Part shown: piece by piece, positions 1 through 8,784 of the stretch
Layout of the letters: each line of letters opens with the position of its first letter
Numbering within the stretch: the first letter of the stretch is position 1
From: an uncultured Gemmatimonadales bacterium
Lineage (GTDB): Bacteria; Gemmatimonadota; Gemmatimonadetes; Longimicrobiales; RSA9
Direction of reading: 5' to 3'
Length of the DNA stretch: 64,000 bases
Assembly (NCBI GenBank): GCA_963783305.1
Contig: CAWAMW010000015.1
Location: 55,767 to 119,766, forward strand
The notes under the pieces: generated by a model
Seen by the model: only the letters and a program-made list of their open reading frames with translations
What the model was told of the DNA's origin: nothing
Databases searched by the model: none
Position numbers and translations under genes: made by a program

Positions 1-1148
1 ACCAGGTCCTCGCCGTTCTCGATCCCGACCGAGTAGCGGATCAGCGATTCCGGGATCCCCGCCGCGGCCCGCTGCTGCGGCGTCAGCTCCACGTGGCTCG
101 TCGTGGCCGGCGGTCCCACGAGTGTCGCGACCGAGCCCAGGCTGGCGGCGCGGTGCGCAAGCTCCAGCCCGCCGAGCAGCGTCCGGACGTTGTCGAACCC
201 ACCCACGAGGGCGAAGGCCAGAACGCCACCGAACCCGCTCATCTGCCCGCGCGCCACATCGTGGCCCGGGTGGTCCGGAAGCCCCGGGTAGTGCACGGCG
301 GCCACCGCAGGGTGCGACGCGAGGAACTCCGCCACCCGCTGGGCATTCTCGTTCTGACGCCCGACCCGGAGCTCCAGTGTGCGAATCCCGCGCGCCAGCA
401 GCGACGCGGAATGGGGATCGAGCGAAGCGCCATTGATCTCGCGGAACCGGAAAATCTCCCGAACCCGGGCCACGTCGCCCACGACCACCCCGCCCATGGC
501 ATCCGAATGTCCGCCCAGGTACTTGGTGGCGCTGTGCAGGACCAGGTCGGCGCCCAGCTCGAGCGGCCGCTGGTTGATGGGCGTGGCGAATGTATTGTCG
601 ACGACGACGGTGGCGCCCGCCCGGTGGCCGGCGGCGCCGAGCCGTCGGATATCCAGAACCTTCAGCGTCGGGTTCGTCGGCGTCTCCAGGTAGAGCAGGT
701 CGCAGCCGCGGCCGATGGCCTCCTCTATGGCCGCGTGATCGCTCGTGTCGCACAGCTCCACGTCCACGCCCCAGCCCGGCAGGAAGTCGTTGAAGATCCG
801 GTTCGTACCGCCATACGTGTCCCGGATGCTCACCACCCTTCGGCCCGGCTCCAGCAGCGCAAAGAGCGTGTTGCTGATCGCGGCCATTCCGGTAGCAAAG
901 GAGGTCGCCGCCTCCGCCCCCTCCAGCAGCCGCACCTTCTCCTCGAACACGGCCACTGTGGGGTTGGTGTTCCGCGAGTAAATGTGACCCGCCTTCTCAC
1001 CGGCGCCCACCGCTCGCCACTCATCCAGATCGTCGTATGAGAAGGTCACGCCGTGGTAGATGGGCGTGACCGTCACCCCCTCGGGACCTCGCTTCGGCTC
1101 CCCGTCCCAGACGCAGCGGGTCGATTTCCCCCGTTCGTCAGCCGACAT
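1..1148 (-). CDS. Cys/Met-metabolism PLP-dependent enzyme (cystathionine gamma-synthase / beta-lyase / O-acylhomoserine sulfhydrylase family); C-terminus cut by window edge
   Basis: Reverse-complement translation from ATG at 1148 reads MSADERGKSTRCVWDGE..TPIYHGVTFSY..HIYSRNTNPTVAVFEEKV..DNTFATPINQRPLELGADLVLHSATKYLGGHSDAMGG..SLGSVATLV and stays open to position 1. SATKYLGGHSD is the PLP-lysine motif of this family. It is absent from the ORF track because it runs off the edge. The listed 93..1040 + ORF is its antisense shadow. Confidence 0.85.
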   Translation of the reverse strand, partial: MSADERGKSTRCVWDGEPKRGPEGVTVTPIYHGVTFSYDDLDEWRAVGAGEKAGHIYSRNTNPTVAVFEEKVRLLEGAEAATSFATGMAAISNTLFALLEPGRRVVSIRDTYGGTNRIFNDFLPGWGVDVELCDTSDHAAIEEAIGRGCDLLYLETPTNPTLKVLDIRRLGAAGHRAGATVVVDNTFATPINQRPLELGADLVLHSATKYLGGHSDAMGGVVVGDVARVREIFRFREINGASLDPHSASLLARGIRTLELRVGRQNENAQRVAEFLASHPAVAAVHYPGLPDHPGHDVARGQMSGFGGVLAFALVGGFDNVRTLLGGLELAHRAASLGSVATLVGPPATTSHVELTPQQRAAAGIPESLIRYSVGIENGEDL

Positions 1149-1395
1149 CAAACGACCGCGGCGCGCGCGGCTCCGCTGGCATGAGAAGCCACAGGATGAG
1201 GTACACGATCAGCCCCGGGAAGGCGGCAGAGAGCGCCGAGACGGCGACGAACGCGATCCGCACGTTCGTCGCGGACCAGCCGAAGTAGCGGGCGATCCCA
1301 CGGCAGACGCCGGCCACGAGCCGGCCCCTCCGCGGACGATAGAGGCCGCCCCGTGGCGCCTCGTCACGGAACTGCACCTGATCACGGTCCGCCAT
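1138..1395 (-). CDS. PspC domain-containing membrane protein
   Basis: Internal ATG at 1395 of the 1138..1695 ORF gives MADRDQVQFRDEAPRGGLYRPRRGRLVAGVCRGIARYFGWSATNVRIAFVAVSALSAAFPGLIVYLILWLLMP. This is the typical PspC-domain pattern (LYR, GVCxGxAxYFG, then a TM helix). The stop overlaps the start of the downstream PLP-enzyme gene by 11 nt. Confidence 0.75.
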   Translation of the reverse strand: MADRDQVQFRDEAPRGGLYRPRRGRLVAGVCRGIARYFGWSATNVRIAFVAVSALSAAFPGLIVYLILWLLMPAEPRAPRSFDVG

Positions 1396-1571
1396 CACGA
1401 CTGTCGCTCGGGCGTCGGCCCCGGGGGAGTGATGGCACCCGGCACACGCAGCAGGAGCCAGATCGGGATGGCGGCGGCCACCAGCGCCATGACCGCCGCT
1501 CCGGCGGCGAGAACGGTAAGGACGAGCCTCAGGATTCGCGTCATAGATCGTTTCACTTGGGGACGGAGCAT
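1395..1571 (-). CDS. small single-TM hypothetical protein upstream of PspC
   Basis: Last 58 codons of the 1395..1748 ORF read MLRPQVKRSMTRILRLVLTVLAAGAAVMALVAAAIPIWLLLRVPG.., with one TM helix. Its TGA shares a base with the PspC ATG (TGATG), suggesting translational coupling. The start (1571 or 1544) is uncertain and no family is recognised. Confidence 0.4.
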   Translation of the reverse strand: MLRPQVKRSMTRILRLVLTVLAAGAAVMALVAAAIPIWLLLRVPGAITPPGPTPERQS

Positions 1572-1704
1572 GGACCGCCCGGGGCGATCCCGTGGGGGCG
1601 CAGCCGCGGGGTTCCGGTCCTCTACCTTCCAATGTGGTCCAAGCCGGGTCGTGGGACCAGACGCCCCTGCACTTCGCGCGGAAAACCCGATACATTCCGC
1701 GGCC

Positions 1705-3786
1705 ATGATATCCGTATCGAACCTAGCCAAGGAATTCGGCGACCGCACGCTGTTCGAGAACGCTTCCTTCCAGCTGAACCCGGGGGAGCGCTACGGACTC
1801 GTGGGCGCCAACGGTTCCGGAAAGACGACGCTGCTCGGCATCCTGACCGGTGACGAGCCCGCCTCCGCCGGCCATATCTCCATCCCGTCCCGGATCGACA
1901 TGGGCGTGCTCCGGCAGGACCAGTTCCTGTACGAGGACGAAGAGATTCTCGGCGTCGCCATGCGCGGCAACCCGGAGCTCTGGAAGGCCATGGTCGAAAA
2001 GGAGAAGATCCTGGCCAATGCCGCCGAGCACTTCGACACGAAGCGCTACGGCATCGTCGAGGAGACCATCGAGCGTCACGACGGCTACGCCGCGGAGTCG
2101 AGGGCCGCCGAGATCCTCGAGGGCCTCGGCATCCCCACCGAGGTCCACCGCCGTCCCCTCAGCACGCTCTCCGGCGGCTTCAAGCTGCGCGTCCTCCTGG
2201 CCCAGGCCCTGGCCGGCAATCCCGACATCCTCCTCCTGGACGAGCCCACGAACCACCTGGACATTCTCAGCATCCGATGGCTCGAGAAGTTCCTCAGGGG
2301 CTTCGGCGGTCCGGTGGTCGTGATCAGTCACGACCACCGCTTCCTGGACAACGTCTCGACCCACATCCTCGACGTGGACTACCAGACCGTGACCCTCTAC
2401 CACGGGAACTACACCGCCTTCGTGGAGCAGAAGCGGGAGGAGCGGGAGCGACGGGAGAAGGAGATCGGGGCGCGGGAGAAGGAGATCGCGCATCACCGGG
2501 AGTTCGTCGACCGGTTCCGGGCCAAGGCGAGCAAGGCGCGCCAGGCCCAGAGCAAGCTGCGAATGATCGAGAAGAAGGCGGAGCAGCTTGAGCCGCTGGC
2601 GCCGAGCTCCCGCCGCTATCCCAGTTTCCGGTTCGACCCGTACCGGCCCAGTGGGCGGGATGTCCTGGAACTGGAGGGGGTTCGGAAGGCGTACGCAGAG
2701 AACGAGGTCCTCCACGGGGTCGATCTCGAGGTCCGGCGCGGCGACCGCCTGGCGATCATGGGACCCAACGGCATCGGGAAGTCGACTCTTCTCAAGATCG
2801 CCGTCGGAGACCTGGCCGCCGATGACGGAGAGGTGGAATGGGGCCACGCCGTGCGGGTCGGCTATTTCGCACAGGACCACCACGAACAGCTCGACGATCC
2901 GGGGGTCAGCGCCGAGCAGTGGGTCGCCCATCACCACCCGGCTCTCTCCACGACCTACCTCCGTGGCGCCATGGGCGCCGTCCTCTTTTCCGGCGATGAG
3001 GCCGAGAAGCGGCTGTCCGCCCTCTCCGGTGGTGAAGCCGCGCGCCTGGTCTTTTGCAAGCTCGCCCTCGAGAAGCCCAATGTGCTCGTCCTCGACGAGC
3101 CCACGAACCACCTCGACCTGGAGTCCATCGAGGCTCTCGTCGAGGGACTTCAGGAGTATGAGGGGACGCTGATCTTCGTCTCCCACGACCGCTGGTTCGT
3201 CAGCCGGCTCGCCAACCGGGTCGTGGAGATCTCGGCCACCGCGATCCGCGATTACCGCGGCACCTACGAGGAATACGTCCACTGGTGTGGCGACGACCAC
3301 CTCGATGTGGACACGGTGATGGAGAAGGAGCGGTCGCGGAAGTCGGACGGCGAGGCCCCGACAACCCTCCCGTCGAACCGCGCAGCCGCGAACGCGACCG
3401 ACCAGTCCAACAGCAAATCTGCTCCCACCGAACCCGATCGACCCAATGTGCAGGCGGGGCGGGGTGGCAGCGCACCGGTCGGCGGCGGCAGCGAGTCGGT
3501 CGGCGGCGACAGCCAGTCGCCCCCGGTCGGGACCGAGCGGGGGCGCCGCCGCGATCCTTACAAGGTCCGGAAGCTCGAGGAGCGGCGCGACGAGCTCACG
3601 CTGCGGATCGACCGGGCGGAAGCACGCCTCGGGGAGATCGAGCAGGCCTTTGCGGACCCCGGGCTCTACGCCCCCCAGCGCCAGGAGGAGGTCCGCTCTC
3701 TCGAAGAGGAGCGGACCCGGCTCGAGGGCAGCATCGAGAAGTGGATGGCCGAGTGGGAAAGCGCAGAGCGCCAGCTCGCCGGCTGA
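1705..3786 (+). CDS. ABC-F family ATPase (two ABC cassettes, no TM domain, charged C-terminal tail)
   Basis: In-frame ATG at 1705 (MISVSNLAKEFGDRTLF). Walker A motifs are GANGSGKTT and GPNGIGKST, signatures LSGGFKLR and LSGGEAAR, Walker B LLLDEPTNHLD and LVLDEPTNHLD. There is a long charged coiled-coil-like tail. The first 215 codons of the 1060..3786 ORF overlap the divergent PspC genes and look non-coding. Confidence 0.9.
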   Translation: MISVSNLAKEFGDRTLFENASFQLNPGERYGLVGANGSGKTTLLGILTGDEPASAGHISIPSRIDMGVLRQDQFLYEDEEILGVAMRGNPELWKAMVEKEKILANAAEHFDTKRYGIVEETIERHDGYAAESRAAEILEGLGIPTEVHRRPLSTLSGGFKLRVLLAQALAGNPDILLLDEPTNHLDILSIRWLEKFLRGFGGPVVVISHDHRFLDNVSTHILDVDYQTVTLYHGNYTAFVEQKREERERREKEIGAREKEIAHHREFVDRFRAKASKARQAQSKLRMIEKKAEQLEPLAPSSRRYPSFRFDPYRPSGRDVLELEGVRKAYAENEVLHGVDLEVRRGDRLAIMGPNGIGKSTLLKIAVGDLAADDGEVEWGHAVRVGYFAQDHHEQLDDPGVSAEQWVAHHHPALSTTYLRGAMGAVLFSGDEAEKRLSALSGGEAARLVFCKLALEKPNVLVLDEPTNHLDLESIEALVEGLQEYEGTLIFVSHDRWFVSRLANRVVEISATAIRDYRGTYEEYVHWCGDDHLDVDTVMEKERSRKSDGEAPTTLPSNRAAANATDQSNSKSAPTEPDRPNVQAGRGGSAPVGGGSESVGGDSQSPPVGTERGRRRDPYKVRKLEERRDELTLRIDRAEARLGEIEQAFADPGLYAPQRQEEVRSLEEERTRLEGSIEKWMAEWESAERQLAG

Positions 3787-4350
3787 CTACGCGCCCGGCC
3801 AGAGCCAGCCGAACACGCCGCCCGTCAGCAGGGCGTAAATGAGCCCGTCCAGTGTGTTCTTGCCCGCCGTCGTCCACTTCTGTCCGAACCAGATCGTCTC
3901 CTGCCACGTTCCGAGCGCATAGGCCGCAAAGGCCGTCGCCCCCGCGAACCGGAACGCTTCGCCGTAGTACGCCCCCGGGTTCAGGGCGCGCCCCGAAATG
4001 TAGGCGGCGAAGATGGAGACCACGAGGCAGTAGATGAACCAGGCGATCAACTCCCGGCTCATGTTGATCTGCCCGCTCGGGAGGATCGTGACCAGACCCA
4101 CGGGCCCCTTCTCTCGTTTCTCGACATAGGCCGGCGCCTTCATCGCATCGCGTGACGCCGCGTGCGGCATGACATAGGTGCCGGGCGGGATGTCGTGCGC
4201 TCGGAGGGACGCCATGATCGCGTCCTCCGCCGGAAGCGGTGCGAAATCGGTCGAGTGATACGTCATCACGGTGTGCAGGATCGCGCTCACGACGAAGATG
4301 AGGGCCGCGGCCACGAGGATGGGGAGCCACAGGGAGAGCACCGGCACCAT
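3787..4350 (-). CDS. conserved-looking polytopic membrane protein, function unknown
   Basis: ATG at 4350 is preceded by GGAGGTGGCA (SD). MVPVLSLWLPILVAAALIFVVSAILH.. has about 4 TM helices. The upstream part of the 3787..4689 ORF is Arg/Cys-rich junk. The stop abuts the ABC-F stop (convergent). Confidence 0.65.
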   Translation of the reverse strand: MVPVLSLWLPILVAAALIFVVSAILHTVMTYHSTDFAPLPAEDAIMASLRAHDIPPGTYVMPHAASRDAMKAPAYVEKREKGPVGLVTILPSGQINMSRELIAWFIYCLVVSIFAAYISGRALNPGAYYGEAFRFAGATAFAAYALGTWQETIWFGQKWTTAGKNTLDGLIYALLTGGVFGWLWPGA

Positions 4351-4442
4351 TGCCACCTCCAGGTTGGGATAGGGGATAGGCAAGGATGCAGCGGGGGAGG
4401 CGCCACCGAAAGACTTTTGTAGGAGACGCGAGGCCCCTCTGG

Positions 4443-4521
4443 GATTGTCAGCAGGAACTGTGGGCAGGGTGAACGGGCCCCCCGCATGTCCGCATGGGTC
4501 CAACATTTCCTGCTGACAATC
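4443..4521. repeat. perfect 15-bp inverted repeat GATTGTCAGCAGGAA / TTCCTGCTGACAATC with 49-nt spacer
   Basis: Read directly: arms at 4443..4457 and 4507..4521. It lies between the hemolysin-III stop (4577) and the start of the 3787..4350 gene (both minus strand). Confidence 0.9.
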
Positions 4522-4576
4522 TACGAGGATTCGGTGGGCCGACCGGGGCTGGCTTCTGCCCTCCCCTCTCCACCGA

Positions 4577-5203
4577 CTACAGCTGCGCGATGGCCACGAA
4601 GTGACAGGCGCTCCCCGCAAGCACGAACACGTGCCACGCCACATGAGCGTACCGAACCCGATCCATGTGGTACACGAGCGTGCCCACACTGTAGATCAGC
4701 CCTCCGGCGGCGACCCACGCGAGCGTCACGTAGCTCAGCCTCTCCACTAGCGGCACGAACGCCAGGAGGGCCAGCCAGCCCATGCCGAGATACAGCCCCG
4801 TCGACAGCCGGGGGAACCGGTCCAGGAGCGTCAGCTTGTACACCACACCGCCCACCGCGAGCGCCCACGCAAGGCCGAACATGAACCAGCCCCACGCCCC
4901 CCGAAGCGGCAGCAGGAGGAAGGGCGTGTAACTGCCGGCGATGAAGAGGAAGATCGCCGAATGGTCCATCACTCGGAGGCGCCACTTCAGGTCAAGCCTC
5001 GTGACACCGTGGTACAGCGTCGAAATTGTGTAGAGCGCCACCATTGTGATGCCGTAGATGGCCATGCTCAGAATGCGCCAGCCATCCCCAGCCCGCAGCG
5101 CGTCGAGGATCAGGTATCCAGCGCCCACAGCTGCCAGGGCCGCCCCGATACCGTGCGTGATGCTGTGGAAAAGCTCTTCGTGTCTCGTATAGAAATCGGT
5201 CAT
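4577..5203 (-). CDS. hemolysin III / PAQR family membrane protein
   Basis: ATG at 5203 gives MTDFYTRHEELFHSITHGIGAALAAVG .. YHMDRVRYAHVAWHVFVLAGSACHFVAIAQL. It has 7 TM segments and the conserved His residues typical of the HlyIII/YqfA family. Confidence 0.85.
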   Translation of the reverse strand: MTDFYTRHEELFHSITHGIGAALAAVGAGYLILDALRAGDGWRILSMAIYGITMVALYTISTLYHGVTRLDLKWRLRVMDHSAIFLFIAGSYTPFLLLPLRGAWGWFMFGLAWALAVGGVVYKLTLLDRFPRLSTGLYLGMGWLALLAFVPLVERLSYVTLAWVAAGGLIYSVGTLVYHMDRVRYAHVAWHVFVLAGSACHFVAIAQL

Positions 5204-5335
5204 CTCTATGTTCCCTGGTCCGCCATCCTCCCATGCAACCGCGGGGCCAGCCTTCCGTTTCGTCCGCTGAAACCCGCCCCCGCCCACCGCCGTACGGCCA
5301 ACCGATCACGATACCTGAACTGGAGCACCGCCCGC

Positions 5336-6544
5336 ATGTCCACCGGCCGTATATACGTCAAGCACGCTCTGACCCGCTCTCTGGCGCGGGTGCTCCTCAG
5401 CACGGCTTTCCTCGGACCGACCTTCCTCGGACCGACCTTCCTCGGACCGACGCTCCTGGGATCCGCACTGCTCATCACCGCGCCGGCGCGGGCGACCGCG
5501 CAGGGCGTAGAGGTGACCGTCGGGGACGTGGGCCTGGGGATCGGGCCGGTACCCCGGATCGACGGGCTCCGCGTGAACTTTCGCGACGACTATCGCCTGG
5601 AGAGAGTCCGTGGCGTCAACGCCACCATCTGGGCTCCCCATGATGACATCCAGGGGGACGTCTACGGGCTCGCGCTCGGCCTCCCCCTCACCGGCGCGCG
5701 TAACCTTGCAGGCCTCGGACTGGGCGCGGGCATCGCCGTTCACGGCGACTTTCGAGGCATCGCGGTTGCTCCCATCGGCATGGGTAGTGGCGGCGACCTC
5801 GGCGGCGTGGTCATAACCGGGATCGGTGTGGGCGCGGGAAACGACGCGCACGGGATCGTCGTGGGCGGGATCGGCGTCGGCGCGGGAAACCGCCTGTCGG
5901 GTATCGCCGTCGGAGGAGTGGGTGTCGGAGCCGGGAACAGCGCCACGGGAGTACTGGTGGGGGGCGTGGGAGCGGGCGTCGGCAACAGCATGCGCGGGAT
6001 CGCCCTGGGCGGCCTCGGCGCGGGTGTGGGCAACAGCATGACGGGCCTCCTCGTCGGCGGCCTCGGCGTGGGAACGGGCAGCGACCTCACGGGGATCGGA
6101 GTGGGCGGCCTCGGGGTCGGCGTCGGCAACCAAATCACCGGAATCGCGCTCGCCGGGGGGGGGATCGGCGCGGGCAACGGGATAAAGGGCATCGCTCTGG
6201 CCGGCCTTGGCATCGGGTCGGGCGGCCACCTCCGCGGCCTCTCGGTGGCAGGGCTGGGCATCGGCGCGCCCCGCATCACCGGCCTCGCCGCGGCGCTGGC
6301 CGTCGGTGGGCAGGACATTCACGGGCTGGTGCTCGCCCCCGCCTATTTCCGACTGGAGGAAGACGGGCAGCTTCGGGGAGCCGCAGTGAGCGCGTTCAAT
6401 GATTTACGGGGGGAGCAGCGCGGACTGGCGATCGGCCTCGTCAATATCGCCCACGAGCTTCATGGGCTGCAGATCGGCATCATCAACATCGCCCGGAACA
6501 AGGATTCGTTCCCCATCATGCCCATATTCAACTACCACCCGTAG
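5336..6544 (+). CDS. secreted glycine-rich tandem-repeat (solenoid-like) protein
   Basis: ATG at 5336. A long signal peptide ends ..APARATAQG. About 11 consecutive 16-residue repeats of the form xGIxVGGxGVGAGNxx span roughly aa 125-315 (nt 5708..6281). The C-terminal GLAIGLVNIAHELHGLQIGIINIARNKDSFPIMPIFNY resembles GxQxGxxN surface-repeat proteins (family assignment from memory, uncertain). Confidence 0.7.
   Translation: MSTGRIYVKHALTRSLARVLLSTAFLGPTFLGPTFLGPTLLGSALLITAPARATAQGVEVTVGDVGLGIGPVPRIDGLRVNFRDDYRLERVRGVNATIWAPHDDIQGDVYGLALGLPLTGARNLAGLGLGAGIAVHGDFRGIAVAPIGMGSGGDLGGVVITGIGVGAGNDAHGIVVGGIGVGAGNRLSGIAVGGVGVGAGNSATGVLVGGVGAGVGNSMRGIALGGLGAGVGNSMTGLLVGGLGVGTGSDLTGIGVGGLGVGVGNQITGIALAGGGIGAGNGIKGIALAGLGIGSGGHLRGLSVAGLGIGAPRITGLAAALAVGGQDIHGLVLAPAYFRLEEDGQLRGAAVSAFNDLRGEQRGLAIGLVNIAHELHGLQIGIINIARNKDSFPIMPIFNYHP
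5408..5452 (+). repeat. 15-bp tandem repeat x3 (TTCCTCGGACCGACC) inside the signal-peptide coding region
   Basis: Copies at 5408..5422, 5423..5437 and 5438..5452 (last base differs). They encode FLGPT-FLGPT-FLGPT(L). Confidence 0.9.
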
Positions 6545-6625
6545 CGTCGGCATGACCTTTCAGGAGGCATGGGTACGCGGCTTGCGAATAGCTCCACCAC
6601 CATGAACCCTCCCACGGAGAAAAAC

Positions 6626-6919
6626 ATGAGAACGCTAGCACCCCTGTTCCTGCTACTCGCACTCCCCACCTTTGCGGCGGCCCAGCAGGCGGATGTGACC
6701 GATGAGGCGCCGGTGGTCGAACTCCAGCAGAGCACCGCTGCGCCGACCGTCAGCCCCGCCTCGATGAACGCCGACGCACCGGCACCGGACGTTGAGATCC
6801 AGAGCCGAGACATCCCCGCTGAGAACCCCGCTGCGATGCAGGACGCCGGATCCCGCCAGTGGTGGTACCTCGTGGGGGCCATCGTGGTCGGCGGACTGAT
6901 CCTCGCCGTCCTGCTCTAG
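6626..6919 (+). CDS. small secreted protein with C-terminal TM anchor, function unknown
   Basis: ATG at 6626 follows ACGGAGAAAAAC (SD). MRTLAPLFLLLALPTFAAAQQ is a signal peptide. The middle is acidic and Ala/Pro-rich. The C-terminus is RQWWYLVGAIVVGGLILAVLL. It lies 81 bp downstream of the Gly-rich repeat gene on the same strand. Confidence 0.5.
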   Translation: MRTLAPLFLLLALPTFAAAQQADVTDEAPVVELQQSTAAPTVSPASMNADAPAPDVEIQSRDIPAENPAAMQDAGSRQWWYLVGAIVVGGLILAVLL

Positions 6920-6959
6920 CGGGACTACATCACACTCCACGCAAAGCAGGACACATGAA

Positions 6960-6992
6960 GGAAGCGCCCGTAGCTGCCGTGCGGGCGCTTCC
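6960..6992 (+). terminator. candidate stem-loop terminator (11-bp perfect stem, no U-tract)
   Basis: GGAAGCGCCCG (6960..6970), an 11-nt loop, then CGGGCGCTTCC (6982..6992), 41 nt after the 6919 stop. Confidence 0.4.
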
Positions 6993-7085
6993 CCATCCTG
7001 ACCCTCACGTCGGCCAGTGCTTGCCTGTCGACCTGGTTTCGACAATGAGTTCTGTGGCACCCCCCGGTGCAAGGAGGCTGTGCAC

Positions 7086-8075
7086 ATGAAGCCGATCCGC
7101 CACGTCCCGCGCTCATTACGTGCGACCACGCTCCTCGCTCTGGTCCTCGGTCTGACACCCGGGTGCGCAGCGTTCGGCGCCGGACCGCATGCAAACCGAA
7201 CCACGGACCCGATCAGCTCGCCCGTTCCGGGCGGCACTCTTCAAACCGTGAACGGCACTCGTCTCTACGTCCGCACCGAGGGCAGCGGCGCTCCGGTGCT
7301 CCTGGTGCACGGCGGACCTCTCCTCGACCATGGCTACCTGGTGGCGCCCTTCAGTCCGCTCCGCACCAAATACCAGCTGGTATTCTATGATCAGCGGCTC
7401 AGTGGGCGGTCTGAGGGCCAGGTGGACAGCGCCTCTGTCACCCTGGCGCAGTTTGTGGCGGATATCGAGGGGGTTCGGGAGGCACTCGATCTCGAGCGGA
7501 TTCACCTGGTGGGCCACTCCTGGGGCGGGCTGCTGGCGATGAAATACGCGCTCGCTCACCCGGAGCGACTGCGGTCGCTCGTGCTCGTGAGCCCCATGGC
7601 ACCGACGGCCGAGCTTTGGCGTGCGGAGGAGGCGGCGCTGCAAAGATCCCTCGAGCCCACGGACACGGCCGGGCTCGGTGAGCTCCGCGCGTCCCCCGCC
7701 GTCGCGGCCCGGCATCCTGCGGCGATCGAGCGGCTGCTCCAGCTCTCCTTTCGGGCCCAGCTGCATGACCCTGCCCTTGCGGACCGACTCCGGTTCGAGA
7801 TCCCCGAAGACTACGCGGCGCGCGGCCGTCAGTTCGCGCGGGTGACGCCGGAGCTGTCGAACTACGACCTGCTGGGCTCGCTCCGCGCGCTGCGGGTGCC
7901 GACGCTGCTCGTTTACGGCGGCTCCGAGGCGGGTGCGAGCATCGGCGCTGAGGCACTGCGCGCGGCGGTGCCGAACCTGGTCGTCGAAGTCATCCCCAAC
8001 GCCGGTCATTTTGCGTTCCTGGAACAGCCGGAGATCTTCCGCCGGATCCTGGAGCGGTTCCTCGAGGGCACCTGA
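7086..8075 (+). CDS. alpha/beta hydrolase lipoprotein (proline iminopeptidase-like)
   Basis: ATG at 7086 follows AAGGAGG. The lipobox is LGLTPGC. The oxyanion region is LLVHGGP, the nucleophile elbow is GHSWGG, and the C-terminal IPNAGHFAFLEQPE carries the catalytic His. Confidence 0.85.
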   Translation: MKPIRHVPRSLRATTLLALVLGLTPGCAAFGAGPHANRTTDPISSPVPGGTLQTVNGTRLYVRTEGSGAPVLLVHGGPLLDHGYLVAPFSPLRTKYQLVFYDQRLSGRSEGQVDSASVTLAQFVADIEGVREALDLERIHLVGHSWGGLLAMKYALAHPERLRSLVLVSPMAPTAELWRAEEAALQRSLEPTDTAGLGELRASPAVAARHPAAIERLLQLSFRAQLHDPALADRLRFEIPEDYAARGRQFARVTPELSNYDLLGSLRALRVPTLLVYGGSEAGASIGAEALRAAVPNLVVEVIPNAGHFAFLEQPEIFRRILERFLEGT

Positions 8076-8153
8076 CTTGCACTCTGCCGTACAGTGGACG
8101 GCCGGCACGGGCGATCGCTCCGGCCGTGTCATTTTGTCGAGCAAAGGAGCGAC

Positions 8154-8780
8154 ATGAGCGATCTGAAGCTGGCCATCGTGTACTACAGTACGTACGGGAC
8201 GAACCACGAGATGGCGGAGCTTGCGGCGGAGGCCGCGCGAGAGGCGGGGGCGGAGGTCCGGGTCCGGAAGGCACGGGAAACGGCACCGCGGGATGTCGTG
8301 GAGTCGCAGGACGCGTGGAAGGCCCAGGAGGCGCGCACGTCCAATGTGCAGGAGGCCTCGCCCGACGACCTGGTGTGGGCGGACGCATTCCTGTTCAGCG
8401 CTCCTACGCGCTACGGCGGCGCCGCCAGCCAGATGCGGGCGTTCATCGACACGCTCGGCCCGATCTGGAAGGAGGGCAAGCTGGTGGACAAGACATTCAG
8501 CGCCATGACGAGCGCCGAGAACGTCCACGGCGGTCATGAGACGACGCTGCAGACCCTCTACGTCTCAGCCATGCACTGGGGCGCGATCCTGGTTCCGCCG
8601 GGCTACACGGACGCGTCGATCTTCGAGGCGGGCGGCAATCCGTACGGCGCGAGCGTCGCTGCGGGCGCCGATGGGATCACCGAGGGCATCGAGAAAGCGA
8701 TCCAGCACCAGACGCGCCGGCTCCTGGACGTGACGGCGCGCCTTCAGCGCGGGTCCGAGGCGCACCAGGAAGCCAGCTGA
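8154..8780 (+). CDS. wrbA: NAD(P)H:quinone oxidoreductase, WrbA-type flavodoxin-like
   Basis: ATG at 8154 follows [25 protein letters not shown].., ..[20 protein letters not shown].. and ..[12 protein letters not shown] are typical WrbA motifs. Confidence 0.85.
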   Translation: MSDLKLAIVYYSTYGTNHEMAELAAEAAREAGAEVRVRKARETAPRDVVESQDAWKAQEARTSNVQEASPDDLVWADAFLFSAPTRYGGAASQMRAFIDTLGPIWKEGKLVDKTFSAMTSAENVHGGHETTLQTLYVSAMHWGAILVPPGYTDASIFEAGGNPYGASVAAGADGITEGIEKAIQHQTRRLLDVTARLQRGSEAHQEAS

Positions 8781-8784
8781 ATCG

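Noticed and set aside
93-1040. 315-aa plus-strand ORF (and nested ORFs at 103..291, 122..436, 379..693 and others) at the window start
   Set aside because: The product is Arg/Gly/His-rich and low-complexity. It is exactly antisense to a minus-strand sequence with clear PLP-enzyme motifs (SATKYLGGHSD), so it is an antisense shadow.
1060-1704. 215-codon N-terminal extension of the ABC-F ORF
   Set aside because: It has non-coding-like composition (Arg/Pro/Gly-rich). It overlaps the divergent PspC and small-TM genes. The ABC-F homology starts cleanly at the ATG at 1705.
1723-3300. 525-aa minus-strand ORF
   Set aside because: It is fully antisense to the ABC-F gene, with no motifs and Gly/Val/Asp/Leu-rich mirror composition.
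5306-6322. 338-aa and 192-aa minus-strand Pro/Ala/Arg-rich ORFs
   Set aside because: They are antisense to the Gly/Val repeat gene, where GGN/GTN codons read backwards give Pro/Ala/Thr runs. They have no start context or signal.
7116-8537. 473-aa minus-strand ORF spanning the hydrolase and WrbA genes
   Set aside because: It crosses two well-supported plus-strand genes and their intergenic region. It is Arg-rich with no motifs.
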